A DNA stretch of 64,000 nt from an uncultured bacterium (lineage in GTDB: Bacteria; Fermentibacterota; Fermentibacteria; Fermentibacterales; Fermentibacteraceae). A program made the translations under genes and the position numbers. The stretch lies in the NCBI GenBank assembly GCA_964569245.1, contig CAZMTK010000004.1:8382-72381 (forward strand), written 5' to 3'. Positions 42,941-52,440 of this stretch are shown piece after piece. The notes beneath the pieces are model-generated. The model was given only the letters and a program-made list of their open reading frames with translations. It was not told the origin of the DNA and made no database searches. Within the stretch, counting starts at the first letter, position 1. Each line of letters begins with the position of its first letter.

Positions 42941-45402
42941 CTGGTAGTGCTGCCCGTAGCGGTGACCGCCTGGGCATCTCCCTCGCAGGCTGCATCCCTG
43001 CTGAACAAGAGCTTGCTGCCGGCGCGGCAGGCGGTGATCGAGTCGCCTCTCGAGAACTCGCCCAGCAGTATGGCGTCCGTGAGGGGATCCTCGACCAGCC
43101 TCTGGATGGTCCTGCGCAGATGCCTCGCGCCCGAGTTCGTGTCGTAGCCCGATTCGGCGATGAGGTCTCGAGCCTCGGGCGAGAGGGAGATCGTGAGCCC
43201 GAGATCTGCGATCCTGCGCCTGACCTCGTCGAACTGGATGTCCACTATCCTGTCTATCTCGTTCCTCCCGAGGGCGTTGAAGACTACGATCTCGTCGAGC
43301 CTGTTGATGAACTCGGGGCTGAAGAAGCGCTTCACGCCGTCCATGACGATGTCGTGCATGCGCTTCCTCCTGTCCTCGCTCGACTCGGTCGTGAAGCCGG
43401 GATGCCCGCTCCCCTGGAGCTCCTTGGACGCGATGTTGCTGGTGAGTATCAGTATGGCGTTCGAGAAGTCAACATGCCTGCCGTAGCTGTCGGTGAGCCT
43501 TCCGTAGTCCATCACCTGGAGAAGCATGTTGAAGAGATCGGTGTGGGCCTTCTCCACCTCGTCGAACAGGACGACGCTGTAAGGCCTCCTCCGTATCCGC
43601 TCCGTGAGCTGTCCGCCATCGTCGTAGCCGATGTAGCCGGGAGGTGCGCCCACGAGCCTCGAGCCCGAGAACTTCTCCTGGAACTCGGACATGTCTATCC
43701 TGATGAGCGCGTTCGAGTCTCCGAAGACCTGCTCTGCGATGACGCGTGCCGTCTCGGTCTTCCCGACGCCGGAGGGCCCCAGGAACAGGAAGGCGCCCGA
43801 AGGGCGGCGCGGGTCCTTCAGGCCGACCCTGCCGCGTCTGATGGCTCTCGCAATGACCGAGAGCGCCTCCTCCTGCCCCACGATCCTCGCGGACAACTCG
43901 GACTCCAGATCTCGCAGGTGGGCGAGCTCGCTCTCGGTGACCCTGCTAACCGGAACTCCCGTCATGTCGGCAACGACCTCGGCTACGAGATCCACCGTCA
44001 CCCTGCTGGTCGGCTCCTCGGAGAGCCACCTGGCCTTCTCGGCGGCCAGCAGGCCTACCGCCTTCTCCATCTCGAACTTCAGCCGGGATGCCTCGGGTAT
44101 GTCGCCGCACGCCACGGCGGCTGACACGGCGGACTCGATCCGGGCGATGTCGGCCTCGAGCTCGGTTATCTCGGCTGGCACGGAGCTGGCTCTGAGCCTG
44201 GCCTTCGCCCCCGCCTCGTCCATGATGTCGATCGCCTTGTCGGGAAGGAAGCGCCCGCTCACGAACCGGTCCGCCAGCCTTGCGCAGGCCTCGACTGCGT
44301 CGGGTTCGTACGCGGCGCCGTGGTGCTCCTCGTACTTGCTCCTCAGGCCTTCGAGGATCTCGATCGTGAGAGCAACCGAGGGGGGGTCCACCGGGACGGG
44401 CTGGAACCTGCGCTCCAGAGCGCCGTCCTTTTCGATCCGCCGGCGGTACTCGTCGAGGGTGGTGGCCCCGATGCACTGGAACTCACCGCGCGCAAGCGCC
44501 GGCTTGAGGAGGTTGGCGGCGTCTATCGCCCCCTCGGCAGCCCCGGCGCCCACTATGGAATGCACCTCGTCGATGAAGAGGATGATGTTGCCAGCCTCGT
44601 TGATCTCCTTCAGCAGGACCTTGAGCCTCTCCTCGAACTGCCCCCTGTACTTCGTACCTGCTATCACGCCCGCCATGTCGAGCGCCATCAATCGCTTGTT
44701 CCGAAGTATGGCCGGCACGCGCGAGGACTTGATGAGCTGCGCCAGTCCCTCCACGATGGCGGTCTTCCCCACGCCCGGCTCTCCGATCAGCACCGGGTTG
44801 CTCTTCTTCCTGCGACACAGGACCTGGATGACCCTCGATATCTCCTTCTGACGGCCTATCACGGGGTCGAGCTGACTGCTGCCCGCCATGGCGGTCAGGT
44901 CGCGGCAGAAGAACTCCAGGGCAGAAGTGGTCTCCTCCTCGGGCTTGTCGTCCTTCGGCCTGGGAAGGTTCTGCAGCTCGGCGACGGCCTTCTCGAGCAT
45001 GCCGCCCCGCTCCCTCAGCAGGTTCGACGCCATGCAGCTCGTCACTGCGAGGAGGCCGAGGAGGATGTGCTCGGTCCCGACCACGGAGTGGCCCAGCAGG
45101 CCCGCCTGCCTGTTAGCCTCGTGCAGGACCAGACGCGCCTTGGTCGTCCACCCGATCTCGTTGGCGGGGATCGACACCCCGGAAGGCTTCCGGATGTAGC
45201 TCTCCAGTCTGAACCTGAGCTCACCGGTATTGATGCCCATGGCGTTCAGAACCGCGATCGCCGTCGCGCCGCGAACGGAGAGGATCCCGTGCAGGAGGTG
45301 CTCGGATCCTACCTTGGCCTGGCCGTACTTGCTGGCCTCGCTCCGGGCGATGTTGATTGCCGCCCGCGCCCTCTCGCTGTACTGCTCAGGCAAGTCTCCC
45401 AC
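42937..45402 (-). CDS. clpC: ATP-dependent Clp protease ATP-binding subunit (ClpC/ClpA type, two AAA+ modules, double Clp_N)
   Basis: Two Walker A motifs (GEPGVGKT, GPSGVGKT) plus Clp_N repeats. GTG start at 45402. Confidence 0.85.
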   Translation of the reverse strand: MGDLPEQYSERARAAINIARSEASKYGQAKVGSEHLLHGILSVRGATAIAVLNAMGINTGELRFRLESYIRKPSGVSIPANEIGWTTKARLVLHEANRQAGLLGHSVVGTEHILLGLLAVTSCMASNLLRERGGMLEKAVAELQNLPRPKDDKPEEETTSALEFFCRDLTAMAGSSQLDPVIGRQKEISRVIQVLCRRKKSNPVLIGEPGVGKTAIVEGLAQLIKSSRVPAILRNKRLMALDMAGVIAGTKYRGQFEERLKVLLKEINEAGNIILFIDEVHSIVGAGAAEGAIDAANLLKPALARGEFQCIGATTLDEYRRRIEKDGALERRFQPVPVDPPSVALTIEILEGLRSKYEEHHGAAYEPDAVEACARLADRFVSGRFLPDKAIDIMDEAGAKARLRASSVPAEITELEADIARIESAVSAAVACGDIPEASRLKFEMEKAVGLLAAEKARWLSEEPTSRVTVDLVAEVVADMTGVPVSRVTESELAHLRDLESELSARIVGQEEALSVIARAIRRGRVGLKDPRRPSGAFLFLGPSGVGKTETARVIAEQVFGDSNALIRIDMSEFQEKFSGSRLVGAPPGYIGYDDGGQLTERIRRRPYSVVLFDEVEKAHTDLFNMLLQVMDYGRLTDSYGRHVDFSNAILILTSNIASKELQGSGHPGFTTESSEDRRKRMHDIVMDGVKRFFSPEFINRLDEIVVFNALGRNEIDRIVDIQFDEVRRRIADLGLTISLSPEARDLIAESGYDTNSGARHLRRTIQRLVEDPLTDAILLGEFSRGDSITACRAGSKLLFSRDAACEGDAQAVTATGSTTR

Positions 45403-45503
45403 CTCTCCTGCGAAGCCTTCCCGCGCAATCTACCTGAGCGCGGGGACGGGGTTCCACTGCGAAGATAATCCGCCCCGGGAACCGAGGGCAATCGAGGTGC
45501 TTC

Positions 45504-46187
45504 TCATGTCACCAGACGACCGTCCTTCAGCCTCAGGACCCTGTCTGCCACGGCTGTCATCTCGGGGCTGTGCGTGGCCAGGACGAACGCCTGTCCGTGC
45601 GAGCGGGACAGGCTCACCACGAGCTCGAGAACCTTCGACGCGTTGACGGCGTCGAGGTTGCCCGTGGGCTCGTCCGCCAGCACGATGTCGGGCGAGCAGG
45701 TGAGGGCCCTGGCGAGTGCCGCCCTCTGCCGCTCGCCCCCGGATACCCTGGAGGGGAACTGCGAGGCTCGGGACGCGATCCCCACCTCCTCGAGCAGAGC
45801 GGCGGCCCGCTCCGACGCCTGCGACCTCGACATGCCCGCCAGGAGGCCCGGCAGCGCCACGTTCTCGGCCAGCGTGAACTCCTCGAGGAGATGGTGGAAC
45901 TGGAAGACGAAGCCGAGGTGCCTTCCCCTCATCCTCGCTCTCGCGGCCTCGCCGGCCTTCCACGCATCCACCCCGGCGATGGAGACAAGGCCGGAATCAG
46001 GCGGATCGAGCACGCCGAGTATGTTGAGGAGGGTGCTCTTGCCGGAGCCGCTGGGCCCGGTGACGGCCACTATCTCGCCTCGTGCGACTTCGAGGTCCAC
46101 CCCCCTGAGGATCTCCAGTACGCAGTCGCCCTCGCGGAAGGCCTTCCTGACATCCCTGCACTCCAGCACCGCCGGGGTCTCATTCAT
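45504..46187 (-). CDS. lolD: ABC transporter ATP-binding protein, LolD-like
   Basis: Walker A (GPSGSGKST), ABC signature (VSGGERQRAALARAL) and Walker B. The true start is MNETPAV at 46187. Confidence 0.8.
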   Translation of the reverse strand: MNETPAVLECRDVRKAFREGDCVLEILRGVDLEVARGEIVAVTGPSGSGKSTLLNILGVLDPPDSGLVSIAGVDAWKAGEAARARMRGRHLGFVFQFHHLLEEFTLAENVALPGLLAGMSRSQASERAAALLEEVGIASRASQFPSRVSGGERQRAALARALTCSPDIVLADEPTGNLDAVNASKVLELVVSLSRSHGQAFVLATHSPEMTAVADRVLRLKDGRLVT

Positions 46188-47427
46188 GGCGAACGCATTC
46201 GGCGGGAGGTATCGAAACTGCCTGCGCCGCTGGGAAGACCGATGCCAGAAGGCACGCCGACATGATCCCGGCGAGGACTCCAACGGTCTGTCCGGCGTCT
46301 GGAACCGCGGGCAGGGTGTCCACCCAGTAAACCGAGCTCTCGAGCGTCACGGGGAGCAGGTTGTTGACTGCAAGCATCACGAGGGCGGCGAATGCCGTTC
46401 CGGCGGCACAGCCGAGAAGGCCTATCAGGACTCCCTGCGCCAGCGCCACTCCGAGCACCCTGGGGGGAGAAGCTCCCATCGCCCTCAGGACGCCGTAGTC
46501 CCGCCTGTGCTCCAGGGCGATCATGGAGAGAGCGCTGGAGAGATTGAGGAGCGCGACCACCGTGATTAGGCCGAGGACGACGGTCATTCCGAGCCTCTCC
46601 AGGCCGAAGGCCCTGAAGAGGTTCTCGTGCCGGGCCATGAACGCCTCGCAGAGCAGGAACCTCTCGCATTCGAATCCGACATAGCAGTCCTCCAGCAGGG
46701 CCGAGAGCTCTGCCGCTGCGGAAGCGGGCTCCGTGCCCTCTGCGGCGCCAACGCCTGCGAAGTCGTAGAGACCCTCCATGTCGAAGAGGGCTGCCGCGGT
46801 TCCGTAGTCCGTGATGACCAGGCCGGAGTTGTACTCTTCCAGCCCGAAGTCGCAGACCTTCCAGACCCTGATCGGGATGATTGTGTCAACGACCGCCCTG
46901 CCGGCTGCGGAAACGGTGGCGGACTCCGTCGAAGCCAGCCTGATCGTATCGCCCTGCTCGAGCCCGAGCTTCGAGGCGACGGCCTCGCCCAGCACCGCCC
47001 CTTCCGGAGCGCCCCCCAGCAGTCCTCCGAGGCCTGTGACCTCGAACTCCCTGTCCCAGTGGATCCCCCTCACCACCACTCCCGCGACGATTCCGGAGCT
47101 GCCCGCTGCGACGGCTGCCTTCTCGATCCCCGGGGAGACGGAGGTCAGCCCCGGCACGGAGGCGGAGAGCCTTTCTACGAGAGCTACATCGTCCGGCTGG
47201 AGGGAGATGCCGGTGGGCGACCTCACGATGAGCGCAGGATTGGCCGTTCCGAGGAAGCCGGAGATGGACCACTGGAACCCGTTCATGAACGCCTGCAGCA
47301 GCATCAGGGCGGCGACGCCGATGGCGATTCCCGAGACCGAGAGCAAGGAGACGAGCCGTACGATCCCGGAGTGGGATCTGCTGGTAAGCTGCCGTGAGGC
47401 GAGCTCCAGCAGCAGACCCGGTCTCAC
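46180..47427 (-). CDS. lolC: Lipoprotein-releasing system permease (LolC/LolE, FtsX/MacB-like)
   Basis: 415 aa with the 1 TM / periplasmic domain / 3 TM FtsX topology. It is adjacent to lolD. Confidence 0.8.
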   Translation of the reverse strand: MRPGLLLELASRQLTSRSHSGIVRLVSLLSVSGIAIGVAALMLLQAFMNGFQWSISGFLGTANPALIVRSPTGISLQPDDVALVERLSASVPGLTSVSPGIEKAAVAAGSSGIVAGVVVRGIHWDREFEVTGLGGLLGGAPEGAVLGEAVASKLGLEQGDTIRLASTESATVSAAGRAVVDTIIPIRVWKVCDFGLEEYNSGLVITDYGTAAALFDMEGLYDFAGVGAAEGTEPASAAAELSALLEDCYVGFECERFLLCEAFMARHENLFRAFGLERLGMTVVLGLITVVALLNLSSALSMIALEHRRDYGVLRAMGASPPRVLGVALAQGVLIGLLGCAAGTAFAALVMLAVNNLLPVTLESSVYWVDTLPAVPDAGQTVGVLAGIMSACLLASVFPAAQAVSIPPAECVRHE

Positions 47428-48893
47428 TGCCTCACCCGCCTGAGCTGGGGGAAGAGAACGACGTCCCGGATGGACCCCGCATCGAACAGGAGCATCGCCA
47501 GCCTGTCCACTCCGATTCCCATTCCTCCCGCGGAAGGCATCCCCGTCTCGAGCGCGAAGAGGAAGTCCTCGTCTATCTCCCCGGCGTGAAGCTCGGAGGA
47601 TCCCGCCTGCTCCTCCAGGACCTTCCGCTGGAACACCGGATCGTTCTGCTCGCTGAACGCGTTCGCGAGCTCCAGCCCGGCCACGAAGGCCTCGAAGCGC
47701 TCGGTGATTCCCGGATGGCCGGGCTTCTGCTTCGCGAGGGGCGAGAGGAACTGCGGGTAGTCGACAACGAAAGTAGGCTGGTGCAGGCCCTCGGTGACGT
47801 AGTGGTCGAAGAGCTTGTCGATGAGAGTCTCCCTGTCGGTCGCTCCCTGGGCGATCTCGAGCCTGTCGCAGAGCTTCCTGAGGTCTGCCGGGGCCCAGGA
47901 GAAGAGGTCCTCGTTGCTCGCCCTGCGAAGGGATTCTACGAACCCCACACGCTCGAACGGGGGCTGGAGCGAGATCTCCCTGCCGTGGAAGACGACCGTC
48001 GTTCCGCAGCCGGCTGCGTCAGCCGCCTCGCAGACCATCTCCTCGAAACGGCGCATCATGACCTCGTAGTCGGCCCATGCCTCGTACAGCTCGAGCTGGG
48101 TGAACTCGGGGCTGTGCGTCCTGTCTATGCCCTCGTTCCTGAAATCCTTTCCGAGCTCGTAGACCCTGTCGAATCCGCCTACGAGAAGGCGCTTCAGGTA
48201 CAGCTCGGTGGCAATCCGCAGGTAGCATGTCTCGTCCTGGGCCCGGTACCGTGTCACGAAGGGCTCCGCGCTGGCCCCTCCGTAGATGGGCTGCAGGACG
48301 GGGGTTTCCACCTCGAGGAATCCGTTCCGGTCGAGGTAGGCTCTGAGGGCTGTGACCATCCTCGAGCGCCCTGCGAGCCTTCTCCTGTCGGCCGGGTTCA
48401 CGATGAGGTCCACGCAGCGGTGCCTGTACATGAACTCGGTGTCGGAGAGGGCGTCCCAGGTATTCCCGGCGGAGTCCGTCTTGACTACGGGAAGCGGCCT
48501 CATGCTCTTGGCGACGAGGGCGAGATCCTTCACGGCTATGGTGAGCTCGCCGCTCCTCGTCAGGAATACGGGGCCGGAAACCCTGACTATGTCGCCGAGG
48601 TCGAGCAGGCTGACGAGAGCCCACAGCTGCGCCCCCAGCTCGTTCGACCTGAAATAGAGCTGGATCGAGCCGTCCTGCCCCCAGAGGTCGGCGAATACCG
48701 TCTTCCCGTGCTCCCTTCGGGAGCGCAGCCTTCCTGCGGCCGTTACCGGGCTGTCGGAAGGGCCGGCGGCGACTATCGCGGGAATGGGCACCGCATCGAA
48801 GGCGCGCGCCGGGTAGGGGTCGATGCCGATCGTGTCCCTCATCTCGGCCAGCTTGGCCAGCCTCGCCTGCACCTGGTCGTTCTTATCCATCAT
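47424..48893 (-). CDS. lysS: Lysyl-tRNA synthetase (class II)
   Basis: OB anticodon-binding domain plus class II core motifs. The start MMDKNDQV overlaps the prfB stop (ATGA). The track ORF is extended at its N-terminus. Confidence 0.9.
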   Translation of the reverse strand: MMDKNDQVQARLAKLAEMRDTIGIDPYPARAFDAVPIPAIVAAGPSDSPVTAAGRLRSRREHGKTVFADLWGQDGSIQLYFRSNELGAQLWALVSLLDLGDIVRVSGPVFLTRSGELTIAVKDLALVAKSMRPLPVVKTDSAGNTWDALSDTEFMYRHRCVDLIVNPADRRRLAGRSRMVTALRAYLDRNGFLEVETPVLQPIYGGASAEPFVTRYRAQDETCYLRIATELYLKRLLVGGFDRVYELGKDFRNEGIDRTHSPEFTQLELYEAWADYEVMMRRFEEMVCEAADAAGCGTTVVFHGREISLQPPFERVGFVESLRRASNEDLFSWAPADLRKLCDRLEIAQGATDRETLIDKLFDHYVTEGLHQPTFVVDYPQFLSPLAKQKPGHPGITERFEAFVAGLELANAFSEQNDPVFQRKVLEEQAGSSELHAGEIDEDFLFALETGMPSAGGMGIGVDRLAMLLFDAGSIRDVVLFPQLRRVRQ

Positions 48894-49988
48894 CTCTTCC
48901 CCGACTTCAGGTACTCCTCCATGAAATTCTGTATTCCTCCCGCCAGCACGGCTTCGACGTCGGAGGTCTCGACCCCGGTCCTGTGATCCTTCACCATCTG
49001 GTACGGCTGGAGGACGTAGGACCGGATCTGGTTCCCCCACGAGACGTCCTTCTTGGCGCTCTCCAGCTCCTCCTTCTCAGCCTTCTTTCTGCTCTCCTCC
49101 AGATCGTAGAGCCTGGCGCGGAGTATCCGCATGGCGACCTCGCGGTTCCTGTGCTGCGACCGCTCGTCCTGGCAGGAGACCACAATGCCGGTGGGCAGAT
49201 GCGTGATTCTCACGGCCGAGGAGGTCTTGTTCACGTGCTGTCCGCCGGCGCCGCTGGCCCTGAAGGTGTCTATCCTCAGATCCTCCTCGCGCATTTCCAC
49301 CTCGATGCTCTCGTCGAGGTCAGGAAGAGCGAAGACGGATGCGAAGCTGGTGTGCCTCCTGTGGTTCTGGTCGAAGGGGGAGCGCCTGACGAGCCTGTGG
49401 ATCCCGTTCTCGGCCCTCAGGTAGCCGTAGGCATAGGGGCCCCTGACGCTGAGAACGCCCTCCCGGATGCCCGCCTCCTCTCCCGGCTGGTGGTTCAGCA
49501 CCTCGGTCTCGAAGCCCTGTCTCTCCGCCCAGTAGAGGTACATCCGGAGGAGCATCTCGGCCCAGTCCTGGCTGTCTATCCCGCCGGCTCCGGGCCGAAT
49601 CGTCAGGATCGCGTCGCTGCGGTCGTCCTTGCCCGACAGCATGCACTGGAACTCGAAATGGTCGATGTCTTTCGAGAGGGAGGCGAGGCGTGCGGCCGTA
49701 TCGGCCTCGAGCTCGGGATCGCTCTCCTGCGAGAGGAGCTCTACGGCCGCCCTGAGGTCATCGATCTGCCTGGAGATCCTCTTGGCCGGTTCGGTCCAGG
49801 CCTGGATGTCGCGCAGCTCGTGTATGACGGAGAGGGCAGCCTTCCTGTCATCCCAGAAGTCCTGCCTGGACATGAGGGCCGTCAGCTCGGACTCTTTCCT
49901 CAGGAGTGCGCCGAAGTCAAAGGCCCTCCCTGAGCTTCTCCAGCCTGGCAACGGCAGATTCAAGCTCAACTGCTGCAACACTATCCAT
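48890..49988 (-). CDS. prfB: Peptide chain release factor 2, with a programmed +1 ribosomal frameshift
   Basis: Frame 0 encodes ATG(49988) MDSVAAVELESAVARLEKLREGL, then the stop in AGGGAGGGCCTTTGACTTC (internal SD-like sequence + CUU UGA C). A +1 shift continues with DFGALLRKESEL... and the GGQ motif (RASGAGGQHVNKT). Confidence 0.85.
49916..49922 (-). promoter_or_regulatory. prfB: RF2 autoregulatory +1 frameshift site CUU UGA C
   Basis: Minus-strand sequence ...AGGGAGGGC CTT TGA CTT... at the codon-23/24 junction. Confidence 0.85.
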
Positions 49989-50057
49989 CGAGCTTCAGGC
50001 TCCCTCCGCAAAGACCCCCGTTTATGGCGAAACGCGCGGGGAATGGCAAGCAGGGCA

Positions 50058-50086
50058 TTGACCGGCAACGGCAGCTATCAATATAT
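50058..50086 (+). promoter_or_regulatory. Candidate sigma-70-type promoter for the SHMT-like gene (TTGACC-17-ATATAT)
   Basis: The -35 TTGACC lies at 50058..50063 and the -10 ATATAT at 50081..50086, with a 17-nt spacer. The site is about 65 nt upstream of the ATG at 50155. Confidence 0.3.
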
Positions 50087-50154
50087 GCCGTTTCCCCAGG
50101 CGTCGGACACACCCGCGCGTGCGGGAGCTGCGCGGGAACTGCGAGGAGAGACAG

Positions 50155-51594
50155 ATGGCAGGTATCGAGGGAAGACTCGAGGAGCTGTTCGGGAGGATCG
50201 AGGCCAACAACCTGTGGCGCCAGCGCAGGTGCATCAATCTCATCCCCTCGGAGAACACGCCCAGCCTCCTGGTGAAGGCGTGCGAGATGTGCGACCCCGC
50301 GGGCAGGTACGCTGAGCACAGGAGCATGAAGAACCGCGAGGTGTACTTCTACCAGGGCACTGACTTCATCCGTGACATAGAACTCGAGGCCCAGGAGGAG
50401 CTCAGACGGTTCTTCGGATGCACCGAGGCAGAGCTGAGGCCGGTCAGCGGACAGATGGCCAACGAGGTGGTCTTCAAGGCGGTGACGAAGTTCGTGAACC
50501 GGGACAGCCCGCAGGGCACCTTCCGGAAGCTCCGCGCCGTCATGAACAACGACCTCGGCAAGGGAGGCCATCTCTCGAGCCAGCCGATGGGCGCATTGTA
50601 CAACTTCGTCGAGATCAATCCCTCTACCGGCGAGGAGAACTGCGTCAACTTCCCTGTCAGGCCGGACAACATGTACAGGATGGACGAGGAGCGGCTGGCA
50701 GGGCTGATAGAGGAGCGGAGACCCGAACTGATAGTGTTCGGGAAGAGCATGTTCCTCTATCCTGAGCCGGTGGCCCTCGTGGCGGGCCTGGTGAAGGACA
50801 TGGACCCGAAGCCGGTCATCATGTACGACATGGCTCACGTGCTGGGGCTCTACGGTGCGTTCCAGGCGCCCCTGTCGGAGGGCGCCGACGTGGTGACGGG
50901 CTCAACGCACAAGACCTTCTTCGGCCCTCAGAGGGGCGCCGTCGTGAGCAACATGGGGAAGGACAGCCCCCTGCGCAGGCTCTGGCTGGACATCCGCAGC
51001 AGGGCATTCCCCGGGAGTACCAGCAACCACCACCTCGCCACGCTGGTGGGCCTCCTGGTCGCGACGATAGAGATGAACCACTTCAAGGATGAGTACCAGT
51101 CTCAGGTCCTTCGCAATGCAAAGGCCTTCGCGAGGCATCTCGCGGACAACGGGCTGAAGGTCGAGGGCGATCCGGCCGACGGCTACACGATGACCCACCA
51201 GGTTGTTGTGAGGGTTGCGGAGTACGGCGACGGTGCCGAAATCGCACGGCGCCTCGAGCAGAACGGCATCATCGTGAACTATCAGGCCCTGCCCGACGAC
51301 GAGACTTTCCTGGTCTCCAGCGGCATCCGCACCGGGGTATCCGAAATGACCCGGTTCGGAATGAACGAGGAGGATTTCGGCCCCGTCGCCGAGCTCATGT
51401 CCAGGTGCATAAGGAAGAACGAGAGCGTGGCAGACGAAGTGGCCCGGTACCGCTCGAAGTTCGCGACGATGCGATACGCCCTGCCCCTGGAGAAGGCGAT
51501 GCCGCTGGCCGCAAGGGCTCTGGCATCGGCGTTCCCGACGAGCGACTACGCGAGGATGCTGGCGGACAACCTCTCCCTGCTGGCCGGGCGCTGA
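50155..51594 (+). CDS. glyA: Serine hydroxymethyltransferase-family PLP enzyme (divergent, with insertions)
   Basis: Matches GlyA blocks (INLIPSENTPS vs ELIASENYTS; MAHVLGL ... TGSTHKTFFGPQRG vs TTTTHKTLAGPRGG) but is about 60 aa longer. RBS GAGGAG before the ATG at 50155. Confidence 0.7.
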   Translation: MAGIEGRLEELFGRIEANNLWRQRRCINLIPSENTPSLLVKACEMCDPAGRYAEHRSMKNREVYFYQGTDFIRDIELEAQEELRRFFGCTEAELRPVSGQMANEVVFKAVTKFVNRDSPQGTFRKLRAVMNNDLGKGGHLSSQPMGALYNFVEINPSTGEENCVNFPVRPDNMYRMDEERLAGLIEERRPELIVFGKSMFLYPEPVALVAGLVKDMDPKPVIMYDMAHVLGLYGAFQAPLSEGADVVTGSTHKTFFGPQRGAVVSNMGKDSPLRRLWLDIRSRAFPGSTSNHHLATLVGLLVATIEMNHFKDEYQSQVLRNAKAFARHLADNGLKVEGDPADGYTMTHQVVVRVAEYGDGAEIARRLEQNGIIVNYQALPDDETFLVSSGIRTGVSEMTRFGMNEEDFGPVAELMSRCIRKNESVADEVARYRSKFATMRYALPLEKAMPLAARALASAFPTSDYARMLADNLSLLAGR

Positions 51595-51609
51595 GGGCCC
51601 GCGAAGCAT

Positions 51610-51637
51610 CCGGGGCGCCGCTCTCGCGGCGCCCCGG
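51610..51637. terminator. GC-rich hairpin CCGGGGCGCCGC-tctc-GCGGCGCCCCGG between convergent glyA-like and rpsD (REP-like), followed by a CT-rich tract
   Basis: Perfect 12-bp stem with a TCTC loop. It shares the core GGCGCCG-TCTC-CGGCGCC with the 25059 hairpin. Confidence 0.5.
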
Positions 51638-51657
51638 CTCTTCTTCTCGGCGTGGGG

Positions 51658-52272
51658 CTACTTGGAGTAGAACTCCACCACCATGCGCTCCTGGACGTCG
51701 AGAGGCACGTCCTCCCTCGACGGCAGGCTCTTCACGAACACCTTGCGATTCTTCGGATCGACCTCGAGGAAGGGGGGGACTCCGATGCCCCTCCCCTGGG
51801 TGATGTTGTCCACTACGATCTTGAGATCGCGGCTCTTCTCCCGCAGCGAAACCACGTCGCCGACGCCGACGAGATAGGAAGGCACGTCCACTCTGCGCCC
51901 GTTGACGGTTACATGGCCGTGAGCGACAAGCTGACGCGCCGCCGGGATGGTCGGCGCGAAGCCCGAGCGTGCTACGATGTTGTCCAGCCTGCGCTCTATG
52001 AGCTGAAGCATGATCTTGCCTGTTTCGCCGGTGTGTCTGGCGGCTTCCTCGTAGTAGTTCCTCAGCTGCTTCTCGGACAGGCCGTAGTTGAACCTGATCT
52101 TCTGCTTCTCGGTAAGCTGCATCCTGTATGTGGAGAGCCGGCGGCGCCTGTGCTGCGAGCCGGCCTCGCCGGGCGGGAGCTTCCTCTTGTCGGGCTCCTT
52201 GTGCGTGAGACCTGGCAGGCTCACGCCAAGCGCACGCACCTTTCGGAGCCTCGGACCGCTGTAATGTGCCAC
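51658..52272 (-). CDS. rpsD: 30S ribosomal protein S4
   Basis: The GTG start at 52272 gives VAHYSGPRLRKVRALG..., and RBS GAGGTAGAGG lies upstream. An S4 RNA-binding domain is present. Confidence 0.9.
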   Translation of the reverse strand: MAHYSGPRLRKVRALGVSLPGLTHKEPDKRKLPPGEAGSQHRRRRLSTYRMQLTEKQKIRFNYGLSEKQLRNYYEEAARHTGETGKIMLQLIERRLDNIVARSGFAPTIPAARQLVAHGHVTVNGRRVDVPSYLVGVGDVVSLREKSRDLKIVVDNITQGRGIGVPPFLEVDPKNRKVFVKSLPSREDVPLDVQERMVVEFYSK

Positions 52273-52393
52273 GACCTCTACCTCCCGCGCCCTCCACCGG
52301 GCGCCCTGAGTGCCCAAGTGCCTGTGCCGTAAAAGCCCGGGCAATCTAGCCGCCGTCGCTCATCCCGTCAAGACGATGTCCCCCGGACGGAAG

Positions 52394-52417
52394 GGGGCCG
52401 GGCATGCCCGGCCCCCG
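52394..52417. terminator. Perfect 24-nt palindrome GGGGGCCGGGCATGCCCGGCCCCC downstream of the C25 peptidase gene
   Basis: A self-complementary sequence 25 nt past the stop of the minus-strand peptidase gene. Confidence 0.4.
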
Positions 52418-52440
52418 CACTTGGCGGCAGGAACCCTCCG

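Noticed and set aside
45403-45503. Possible small gene or ncRNA between clpC and lolD
   Set aside because: A 100-bp spacer with no conserved motif, ORF or hairpin was noticed. It is most likely a plain promoter region.
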